Shown here piece after piece: positions 29,153 to 37,201 of a stretch of 64,000 nucleotides of DNA. The notes below the pieces were generated by a model. That model made no database searches and was not told the DNA's origin. It saw nothing but the letters and a program-made list of their open reading frames with translations. The position numbers were made by a program, and so were the translations under genes. The stretch comes from Candidatus Eiseniibacteriota bacterium. Lineage in GTDB: Bacteria; Eisenbacteria; RBG-16-71-46; CAIMUX01; VGJL01. Position 1 is the stretch's first letter. Every line of letters starts with the position of its first letter. The stretch is taken from NCBI GenBank assembly GCA_041946735.1, contig JBHGAY010000002.1:201623-265622 (forward strand), given 5' to 3'.

Positions 29153-31498
29153 ATGAGCCCGAGCGAACCGAAGTCCCAGGCCGCGCGGTACCCCTACGAC
29201 CGGTGGAACAAGGTCGCCGACCTGGTGGACGAGTGCATCGACATGATGCTGAACTTCCGCCAGAGCGGCCATCCAGGGGGATCGCGCTCGAAGGTGCATG
29301 CGCTTCTCGCCACGCTCCTCGGCGACGTGATGCGCTGGGACGCCCGCCGTCCGGAGAAGCGCTTCGCCGACCGGTTCGTTCTCGTCGCCGGCCACACCGC
29401 GCCGCTCGTCTACGCGACCCTGCCGGTTCTCAACGAGGCCCTGCGCGTGAAGCACCGCCAGACGGGTGACGACCGCTACGCGATCGCGGACGAGGAGCAC
29501 CGCGCCCTGTACTGGGAGGAGCTGCTCCGCTTCCGCCGCCGCGGCGGCCTGCCGGGACACGCCGAGATGGAAGGCAAGACGCTCTTCTTCAAGTTCAACA
29601 CCGGTCCGTCCGGGCACGGCAGTCCGGCGGCCGCAGGAGAAGCGACGGCGTTGAAGCTCGCCGGGGCCCCCGAAGTCCGCGTCTTCGCCTTCGAGGGAGA
29701 GGGAGGGCTGACCGCGGGCGCGTCTCACGAGACGAAGAACACCGCCTGGGGCCTCGGTCTTGGAAACCTGCTGTACGTGGTCGACTGGAACGACTTCGGA
29801 ATCGACGACCATCCGGTCTCGAGCGTGATCCACGGCGATCCGGAAGCCTGGTTCGCTCCCTACGGCTGGCGCGTCCTCGGGACGGATCACGGGAGCGACT
29901 TCGCTCACGTCCATCCGGTTCTGCGGGAAGCGGTGGGCGGAGGCGATCCGAACATCCCGACGATGGTGTGGGTGAAGACGAGGAAGGGACGCGGCTACCT
30001 CAAGTACGACTACAAGAGCCATGGGACTCCTCACCCGCCGAATCACGAGCTGTACTGGGAGATCCGCCGCGGGTTCGCCGAGAAGTACGGAGTCGACTTC
30101 GAGGGGTTCGGCCTGCCCGCGCCGAAGGACCCGGAGGAGTTTCGCCGCCAGGCGGAGGTCAACCTCCGCAAGGTGATCGAGGTCCTCCATCGCGACCAGG
30201 AGCTGGTCGACTACCTCGCCGACACCCTCGTCCGTATCGGGGACTCGGTCCCCCAACGGATCGAGGGCTTCCGGCTCGACGGCCGGCATTCGCCCGTCCG
30301 GGATCCGATCGTGACCGACTACCGCTCCTATCCGGCCTCGCTGTGGGCCACGCCCGGCGAGAAGCAACCGAACCGCGCAGCGCTCGGCAAGTGGGGGGCG
30401 TGGGTGAACTCCCATTCGCACCGCAAATACGGCCGGCCCCTGTTCCTGGCCATGTCGGCCGACCTCGCCGGCTCGACGAACGTCGCGGGCTTCGGCGAAG
30501 GGTGGGAGGGCGAGCCCGGCTTCGGCAAGTACGGGTGCCGCGACAATCCCGAAGGGTGCCTGCTCCCTCAGCAGATCACGGAGTTCACCAACGCAGGGAT
30601 GACGGTCGGCATCGCCTCGGTGAACATGAGCGAGAAGCCGTACGAGGAGTTCGAGGGATTCTACGCAGCCTGCTCGACCTACGGCAGCTTCTCGTACCTG
30701 AAGTACGGGCCGATGCGGCTCTTCAGCCAGCTCGCGCAGGACTGCCCGCTCCGCGTCGGGAAGGTCCTGTGGGTAGCCGGGCACTCCGGACCGGAGACGG
30801 CCGACGACAGCCGGACGCACTTCGGAATCTTCGCCCCCGGCGTGACGCAGCTCTTCCCCGACGGCCACGTCTGCGATCTGCATCCCTGGGAGCACAACGA
30901 GGTGCCGGTCGTGATCGCCGCCGGGCTCGCCTCGCGGGCGCCGATCCTCGCCCTGCACCTGACGCGCCCCGCCATCCCCATTCCGGACCGCCAGGCGCTC
31001 GGAATCGCCCACCACTTCGAAGCCGCTCGCGGGGCCTATCTCCTGCGGGACTATGCGCCGGGCAAGAAGCCGATGGGATGCATCCTCGTCCAGGGGACGA
31101 TGACCACGCACAACGTCCTGCAGATCCTGCCCCAGCTCGATCGCGAGGGATTGAACGTCAAGCTCGTCGCCGCGATCAGTCCCCAGCTCTTCGCCTGGCA
31201 GAGTCAGGAATACCGGGATCGCATCCTTCCCGAAGAGGACCTCTGGGACTGCACCTTCATCTCCAATCGAAGCCGGAGGCTGATGTACGACTGGATGCTC
31301 CACAAGGGGAGCGCGGAATACGCGATGACCTCCGACTTCGACGACCGGTGGCGCACGGGAGGGACGGTGGACGAGGTGCTGGAGGAGGCCCATCTCTCGC
31401 CGGAGTGGCTTCTTCGCGGGATCGAGCGATTCGTCCGAGACCGCGAGACCCGGCTGGCGAAGCTGCAGGCGGGGATCGAGAAAGCCCGAAGCCGCTGA
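29153..31498 (+). CDS. tkt: transketolase-like TPP enzyme (divergent, single chain)
   Basis: SGHPGGS, DRFVLVAGH, LPGHAE, NTGPSGHG, KTRKGRG, SADLAGS, DSRTH. Confidence 0.82.
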   Translation: MSPSEPKSQAARYPYDRWNKVADLVDECIDMMLNFRQSGHPGGSRSKVHALLATLLGDVMRWDARRPEKRFADRFVLVAGHTAPLVYATLPVLNEALRVKHRQTGDDRYAIADEEHRALYWEELLRFRRRGGLPGHAEMEGKTLFFKFNTGPSGHGSPAAAGEATALKLAGAPEVRVFAFEGEGGLTAGASHETKNTAWGLGLGNLLYVVDWNDFGIDDHPVSSVIHGDPEAWFAPYGWRVLGTDHGSDFAHVHPVLREAVGGGDPNIPTMVWVKTRKGRGYLKYDYKSHGTPHPPNHELYWEIRRGFAEKYGVDFEGFGLPAPKDPEEFRRQAEVNLRKVIEVLHRDQELVDYLADTLVRIGDSVPQRIEGFRLDGRHSPVRDPIVTDYRSYPASLWATPGEKQPNRAALGKWGAWVNSHSHRKYGRPLFLAMSADLAGSTNVAGFGEGWEGEPGFGKYGCRDNPEGCLLPQQITEFTNAGMTVGIASVNMSEKPYEEFEGFYAACSTYGSFSYLKYGPMRLFSQLAQDCPLRVGKVLWVAGHSGPETADDSRTHFGIFAPGVTQLFPDGHVCDLHPWEHNEVPVVIAAGLASRAPILALHLTRPAIPIPDRQALGIAHHFEAARGAYLLRDYAPGKKPMGCILVQGTMTTHNVLQILPQLDREGLNVKLVAAISPQLFAWQSQEYRDRILPEEDLWDCTFISNRSRRLMYDWMLHKGSAEYAMTSDFDDRWRTGGTVDEVLEEAHLSPEWLLRGIERFVRDRETRLAKLQAGIEKARSR

Positions 31499-31836
31499 CC
31501 TGACCGTCGCGCCGGCAGGATGGGGGTGAGGCCAAGGGGGCTCCCGCTCTCCCACCGCCCGTCGGCCCGGGGCCGCCAGCGAGGCGGCCCCGCCCCGCCG
31601 GCCGCTGTCTCCCCCTCGCTGGCCGCCAGGCCAGCCTCTCGTTCGTCCCTGTCTCTCCTGCGCGCCCCTGCTCGCGACCGTTCGCCCCGGTTCAGCCCGG
31701 TTCGCCGCCTCGCCTGCTCCACTCCCCCGCTTCCGAATCCCACGCGCGAGGAATATCATCGCGATGCTTCCAACACTCCCGCCCTAGGTCGCAGGTGCGG
31801 ACGACATCCATGCAGCCACTGACTGGGGGGGATTCC

Positions 31837-33867
31837 ATGAGATTCTTCTTCGGGCTGATCGTGTGCCTCACGCTCTTCTCCACCCTCGCTTCCGCGCAGG
31901 TTCCGAAGGCGGTCCTCGCCGAGGACGCGACGGCCACGTGGTGCCAGTACTGCCCGGCGGCGTATCAGGGACTCGAGATCATGAAGTCCCGGTACGACGC
32001 GAACGAATTCGCGGCGATCCGGTACTTCTCGACGTCCGGCTCGCTCGGCTCCTCGGAGACGGACGCTCGCATCAACTACTACCAGGTCACCGGATACCCG
32101 ACGGTCATGTTCGACGGCAGCCAGCGCGTCGTCGGCGGAGGCGCGGTGGTCGCCACCGGCTCCGCTTACGACCCGCTCGTCTCCGGAGAGCTCGGCGTTC
32201 CGTCGCCCTTGAAGATCACGATCGACAGCGCCGATCTCGTCGGTCCCGCCGGCTCCATCAGCTTCCACGTGGAAGTCGCCGACAACATCGCCGACATCTC
32301 CGGGATGAAGATCCGCGGCGCACTGCTCGAAAACGACGTCTACTGGTGCTGCGGGTACGGCGGCGAGGACACATGGGAAGACGTGACGCGGGACGTGATG
32401 CCCGACGTCGCCCTCAGCGTCTCGCAGACAGGCCAGGTCCAGCCCGTCACCCACAACTTCACGATCGATCCCACCTGGGAGACCCCGCAGCTCTGGATGG
32501 TCGTCTGGGTGCAGGACGACACGCACGCGAAGTACATCATCCAGTCGGAGTCCACGCGCCCGAAGCCGGCGTACTCGCTCCGGTACTGGGCGAAGGGAGA
32601 TCGTGCGACGATCGGGCCGTCCAACGGCACGTTCGAGTACCAGGACTTCGCCGTGTTCAACATGGGGACCTCCTCGGACGTCATCCGGGTCGCACTCGAT
32701 CCGGGCACGCTCCCGCAGGGCTGGAACGTCTCCTTCTCGGACGGCAACGTCGACTACACCGACTACGTGGATCTGAACCTCGCGTCGGGGGAAAGCCGTG
32801 TCTTCCATGTGAAGGTGCAGCCGACGAGGCCGGGATACGCTTCGCCGGCCATCGTCCTCACGTCGCCGAACCTTCCCGGAGTCGAGCGCCGGATCGGCTA
32901 CTCCTACGTGACCGATGACGTGCAGGTGCTCGTCGTCGACGACGACGGCGCCGAAAGCTACGAGGACTACTACGTGGACGCCCTGGCCAACTACGGGGCG
33001 ACGTTCGGGGTGTGGAACCGCAACTTCGCCGCGTTGAGCGGCGCGCAGCTGCAGAACTTCCCGGTCGTCTTCTGGGAGATCGGCCTGTCCTACCCGACCC
33101 TGACCGACACCGATCGCGCGGCGCTCTCGGCCTTCCTGGATGGCGGCGGCAAGCTCTTCATCAACGGGCAGGATCTCGGCTGGGAGATGAACGACAACGG
33201 CGGCCAGTCGCTGCTCTGGTACCACAATTACCTGCACGCCGGTTACTACGCGGACGACACGAATCGCTACAACCTGACCGGCGTCGCCGGCGATCCGATC
33301 TCCGACGGCATGACGCTGGTGATCCAGGGCGGCGATGGAGCGAACAACCAGGAGTATCCGGACGCGATCAACCCGTTCGACGCCTACGCGACGTCGATCT
33401 TCAGCTACGACGGCTATGCTCCGGCGAAGGCCGCTCTGAAGGTCGACACGGGTGTCTATCGCGTCGTCTATCTCGGCTTCGGCTACGAGGCGATCAGCAC
33501 CCAGGCGAATCGGCGGCTGCTCGTGGAGCGGATCCTCGGGTGGTTCGGCGTGACTCCGATGGATGTCGGCGATCCGATCGATGCGGCGCAGTCCTTTGGA
33601 GTCCAGGCCTTCCCGAACCCGGTCCACGCGGGGACGACCTTGAGCTACCAGCTCCCGTCCTCCGGACCGGTTCGGATCGGGATCTACGACCTCGACGGCT
33701 CGCTCGTCCGCGAGCTGGCCGCTCCGGCGCAGGACGCTGGAAAGCACACGCTCTACTGGGACGGCCGGAACAGCTCGGGGAACCCCGTCGCCTCCGGCGT
33801 CTACTTCTATCGCCTGCATGCGAATGGCATGGAGACGCCGGCAGGAAAGCTGATCCTGACCCGGTGA
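31837..33867 (+). CDS. secreted Omp28-like CxxC protein with Ig, GATase-like and C-terminal FlgD-Ig domains
   Basis: Signal peptide; EDATATWCQYCP, GYPTVMFDG; VLVVDDDG..FLDGGGKLFINGQD; FPNP..IYDLDGSLVR..WDGRNSSG..SGVYFYRL. Confidence 0.85.
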   Translation: MRFFFGLIVCLTLFSTLASAQVPKAVLAEDATATWCQYCPAAYQGLEIMKSRYDANEFAAIRYFSTSGSLGSSETDARINYYQVTGYPTVMFDGSQRVVGGGAVVATGSAYDPLVSGELGVPSPLKITIDSADLVGPAGSISFHVEVADNIADISGMKIRGALLENDVYWCCGYGGEDTWEDVTRDVMPDVALSVSQTGQVQPVTHNFTIDPTWETPQLWMVVWVQDDTHAKYIIQSESTRPKPAYSLRYWAKGDRATIGPSNGTFEYQDFAVFNMGTSSDVIRVALDPGTLPQGWNVSFSDGNVDYTDYVDLNLASGESRVFHVKVQPTRPGYASPAIVLTSPNLPGVERRIGYSYVTDDVQVLVVDDDGAESYEDYYVDALANYGATFGVWNRNFAALSGAQLQNFPVVFWEIGLSYPTLTDTDRAALSAFLDGGGKLFINGQDLGWEMNDNGGQSLLWYHNYLHAGYYADDTNRYNLTGVAGDPISDGMTLVIQGGDGANNQEYPDAINPFDAYATSIFSYDGYAPAKAALKVDTGVYRVVYLGFGYEAISTQANRRLLVERILGWFGVTPMDVGDPIDAAQSFGVQAFPNPVHAGTTLSYQLPSSGPVRIGIYDLDGSLVRELAAPAQDAGKHTLYWDGRNSSGNPVASGVYFYRLHANGMETPAGKLILTR

Positions 33868-34001
33868 CGATGCTCGGGAGAGCTTCGAGCTTCGAGCTTC
33901 GAGCGGTCGGCGTTCACGTGAACGCCTGATCCTCGGATCGCGTTCTCGGGCGAGTGGCGGGGGGAGCCGGCGGGCTCCTCCCGCCATTCAACTGTCTCCG
34001 C

Positions 34002-34775
34002 TCAGGAGGCGGACGGAAGGCTCTCGAGGACCTGGCGGGCGCGCTCGAGATGGCGTGGATCGAGGCCGGTCGGCGTTGCTCCGCCGTAGTCGCGAAGCAG
34101 GCGGTCGATCGTCTTCGGCGCTCGCCTCGCGAAGTGGATGAGCACGCGCCCGACTCCCTGTCGCACCCAGGGATGCGGCTCGGGATCCTGCAGGAGCAAG
34201 CGGAGGATCGGGAGGGCTCGCGAGGCGGTGACCCCGCGCGATCCACGGGCCCGCCGGGAAGGGAGCAGCGCGAGGGCCGCAGCCCGCCGCCGGAGCGGAT
34301 TCGGACTCACCGCCCACAGAGCGTGCTTGCCCATAAACGCCGGATTGCGCGAGATCAGGCGGCCCTGGATCTCGGCGAGGCGATCGGCCACCCAGGGATG
34401 GCGCAGCGACCGCGATTGCGCGGCGGTCGTCTCCAGCGCCCAGTCGGGCCAGAGGTCGGCGATCCTGTCGAGGATCTCCAGCGCAAGCACCTGCTCGTCG
34501 TGGTAGCGGCCCTGCGAAAGGCCGGCCATGACGCGGGCCGCCGTCGCCCGGTTGCCGTTTCGCAGTAGCGCGGCCGCCGCGCGCGCACCGATGCGGCGAA
34601 TCGTCCGGCGCGACACCCCGGCGTGCGCGAGTCCCCTGCCGGATCGACGGCTCCTTCCGCCCGCCCGCACGAAGTGCGCGCGGCGCAGGAGAGCATGCCG
34701 CAGGTCCTCGGCATTCCAAGGAAGGCCGGATCCGGAAGCGCGGCGATGGCCGTTCGTTTCTTCCATGGGGGTCAT
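34002..34775 (-). CDS. AlkD-like DNA alkylation repair HEAT-repeat protein
   Basis: PWVADRLA, WAVSPNPLRRRAA, DPEPHPWVRQGVGRVL. Confidence 0.6.
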   Translation of the reverse strand: MTPMEETNGHRRASGSGLPWNAEDLRHALLRRAHFVRAGGRSRRSGRGLAHAGVSRRTIRRIGARAAAALLRNGNRATAARVMAGLSQGRYHDEQVLALEILDRIADLWPDWALETTAAQSRSLRHPWVADRLAEIQGRLISRNPAFMGKHALWAVSPNPLRRRAAALALLPSRRARGSRGVTASRALPILRLLLQDPEPHPWVRQGVGRVLIHFARRAPKTIDRLLRDYGGATPTGLDPRHLERARQVLESLPSAS

Positions 34776-34834
34776 TGTCGCGGATCGAAGAGCGCGATTC
34801 CACAGCGGAGCGCGCGCGCGCTCGCCTGTTGCGC

Positions 34835-34878
34835 AAAAAAAGAAGCCGGCCTTCCATCGAGGAAGGCCGACCCCTTTT
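34835..34878 (-). terminator. intrinsic terminator, probably bidirectional
   Basis: CGGCCTTCC-ATCGA-GGAAGGCCG flanked by A7 on one side and TTTT on the other. Confidence 0.85.
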
Positions 34879-34894
34879 CGCTTCTACTACGCGA

Positions 34895-35701
34895 TTAGCG
34901 GTAGAGGCCCTTCAGGCTGCCCCAGCTCTTCTCCTGCGTGGCGACAGGGCCGCACAGGGCGAGCAGGTGCTGCATGACACCGGTCAGAGCAGCCGCGTCA
35001 TCGCAGCCGTACTCGACCGTCGAGAAGGCGGCAGCGTTGAGGACCGATCCGCCCTCGGCCGGACCGTACAGATCCGAGCTCCACGTCACGAGACCCTGAG
35101 ACAGCGGATAGATCTCATCCGTGAACCAGGGGTTCGAGGCCATGCACGGGAACATCGAACCGGAGACGCCCTCGAGAGGACCACCGGCCGTTCCGTCATA
35201 GGTCATCGAGCTCGCATCGTTGTAGTTGGCATCTTCGTAGGCGCCCGCGACACCGAGATAGGTCTGCGGGAAGCCCGTGTAGCTGCCGCGCTGATAGAGG
35301 TAGTCCTGGCCGATCACCCACGCGCACTTGCCGGCATCGAGGAACGCAGCGATCTGGTTCTCGTCGCCGGTGAGGAAGTAACCGCTCCACCACAGGTCGG
35401 AGCAGTCAACCGTGAGCGAGGTGTAGCCAGCCGTCGACGGCCAGTTGCCCATCGGGTCGTAGATGAGGTCCACAGGGGCCTCACCCGCAGCCGTGAGGGC
35501 GCTGACATAAGCCGGACCGAGATCGGTGAACGTGCCCGCGATGATCGAGACGACCAGTGCCGAACCCGGGTTCTCCGAGTCGATCTGGTTGCTGTGCGGC
35601 GTGTAGACGCCCTCGATCACCTGGTCGTTCTTCGCGACGTCGCGAGCGACCGCGGTGCCGGCGATCAGAAGAACAGCGAGAAGCACGAGAACAACGCGCA
35701 T
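34895..35701 (-). CDS. secreted protein with GATase-like domain and C-terminal SWGxxKxxYR tail
   Basis: Signal peptide MRVVLVLLAVLLIAGTAVA; AAFLDAGKCAWVIGQD; ends GPVATQEKSWGSLKGLYR. Confidence 0.85.
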   Translation of the reverse strand: MRVVLVLLAVLLIAGTAVARDVAKNDQVIEGVYTPHSNQIDSENPGSALVVSIIAGTFTDLGPAYVSALTAAGEAPVDLIYDPMGNWPSTAGYTSLTVDCSDLWWSGYFLTGDENQIAAFLDAGKCAWVIGQDYLYQRGSYTGFPQTYLGVAGAYEDANYNDASSMTYDGTAGGPLEGVSGSMFPCMASNPWFTDEIYPLSQGLVTWSSDLYGPAEGGSVLNAAAFSTVEYGCDDAAALTGVMQHLLALCGPVATQEKSWGSLKGLYR

Positions 35702-35837
35702 TTCAAGCCCCTTCCTGACTCGAGACAACCGGATCCTTCTCATGAGCAGGGGACCGGCTTCCCGAGATGATGTGTGAGTCGTGCGACAAGCACGCCGCTT
35801 GCGCGACGAGCCTGCCACCTAGTTCTAGGCGTAATCC

Positions 35838-35866
35838 ATTATAAGGACCCGCCTAGGAAGCGTCAA
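35838..35866 (-). promoter_or_regulatory. near-consensus sigma70 promoter
   Basis: Minus strand TTGACG-17bp-TATAAT, about 135 bp upstream of the 35701 start. Confidence 0.85.
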
Positions 35867-35898
35867 CACCGAATACCCGCGTGGTACAAGCTGACTTA

Positions 35899-37155
35899 TC
35901 AGCGACCTCGGCCTTTCTCAGCCTCCCAACGCTGGAATCGTCCGGCCGTTTCCACCGCCCTGCGGACGAGGGCGGTATCTTGATCGGCCTTCGCGGCGAA
36001 ATCCCTTAGCGCGGTGAGCATTCCTTCGTTGCCTGCAGCGAGGCCGAACCGGCTCTCGCGGTCGATCAGCTCGAGCGCCTGTAGGGACAACGACTTATCG
36101 CTACCCAGGAGAGCCGGGATCAGGGTCGGCTCGAGCAGCCGCGTGCAATACCAGAGATCCTGATACCTGCCCAGCTCGGCGCGATCCGGGATGCTGGACG
36201 TGGAGTCACGAATCCCCGTCTGGTCGTCCCCGTATTCCTCGAGCAGGAGGCCAATCGCTCGTGCGTCTCCGGAATACGCCAGGCCCTGCAGCGCGGCGCG
36301 GCGCAGCTCCGCGTCGGTCGTCTCGCGGAAGATGGCGAGGAGGGCGTCGTATGCGGACCCCTTCATCTTCATTCCCGCGGCGATCAGGAGCCGCCCTGGA
36401 GGGGGAACGTCTCCCTTGCGATATTTCGCGAGCTGATCGAGGAGCAACCGGTTCGCACGAGGATCGCGAGACTCCGCCATCATGTCGGTCGCGAGCGCCT
36501 GCAGCGCGGGACTCGAGCTGCCCGCGTAGGCGCGGATCCGGGTGAGGATCGAGTCCTCCGAAGAAAGGTAAGCGGCCGCCATCTCGATCTGCGACCGGAC
36601 GCCGGGCGGGTAGGACGAGTGGTCGGCGAGCGACAGCATCGCGTCGCCGAGGATCCGGCCGTCCTCCGGAGGGAAACTGTCGCGCTTGGAGGAGACGTAG
36701 GCGATCGCCTCCTTATGGCAACCCATCTGGAGGTTCGGGTTGCGGATCAGCGATGCCAGATCCGCAACCGGGAACGGGGCGAAGCGGAGCTTCGCGCGGA
36801 CGAGGCCCGAGACGGCGTTGCGCTCCGACTCCTGCTCCGCCGCGATGTCGCAGAATCGAATCAGGTCACTGACGGTGATGCCGGTGAGAAGCCGGCCCAT
36901 CCGGTCCGTGCGCTCTTCGCGCGTCAGGGTCGCCCAGGCTGCGGTCGAGTCCTTCCATGTGGCGAGCAACTCCATGATGCCGAGCTTCTGCTCCGTCCCT
37001 TGCCCGGCGGCTTGCTCGGGCGCCGCGCGAGACGCGCGACTCGGGAGGCACAGGCCGAGCAGTGCCAGCCCGACGGGAAAGAGGAACGAGGCGAGAACGG
37101 CCGCGGCGCCGAGCCGCGAGCGGGCGGAACCCGAATGCAGGCGGATCGTCTTCAG
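35899..37155 (-). CDS. exported HEAT-repeat-like helical hypothetical protein (possible CTG start)
   Basis: AAGGAGGAG then ACC CTG; signal-like N-terminus; LRRAALQGLAYSGDARAIGLLL. Confidence 0.6.
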   Translation of the reverse strand: MKTIRLHSGSARSRLGAAAVLASFLFPVGLALLGLCLPSRASRAAPEQAAGQGTEQKLGIMELLATWKDSTAAWATLTREERTDRMGRLLTGITVSDLIRFCDIAAEQESERNAVSGLVRAKLRFAPFPVADLASLIRNPNLQMGCHKEAIAYVSSKRDSFPPEDGRILGDAMLSLADHSSYPPGVRSQIEMAAAYLSSEDSILTRIRAYAGSSSPALQALATDMMAESRDPRANRLLLDQLAKYRKGDVPPPGRLLIAAGMKMKGSAYDALLAIFRETTDAELRRAALQGLAYSGDARAIGLLLEEYGDDQTGIRDSTSSIPDRAELGRYQDLWYCTRLLEPTLIPALLGSDKSLSLQALELIDRESRFGLAAGNEGMLTALRDFAAKADQDTALVRRAVETAGRFQRWEAEKGRGR

Positions 37156-37201
37156 GGTCTCCTCCTTGCGCCGCGCGCGGCGCCGTCCCACGATACCATC
37201 G

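Noticed and set aside
33880..33904. AGCTTCG x3 micro-repeat; also the pyrimidine-rich tracts at 31500-31740 and 63870-64000
   Set aside because: Simple low-complexity sequence with no evidence of function.
35802..35817. Possible sigma54 GG-N10-GC site upstream of the SWG-tail gene
   Set aside because: Weak match, and a near-consensus sigma70 promoter lies just upstream.
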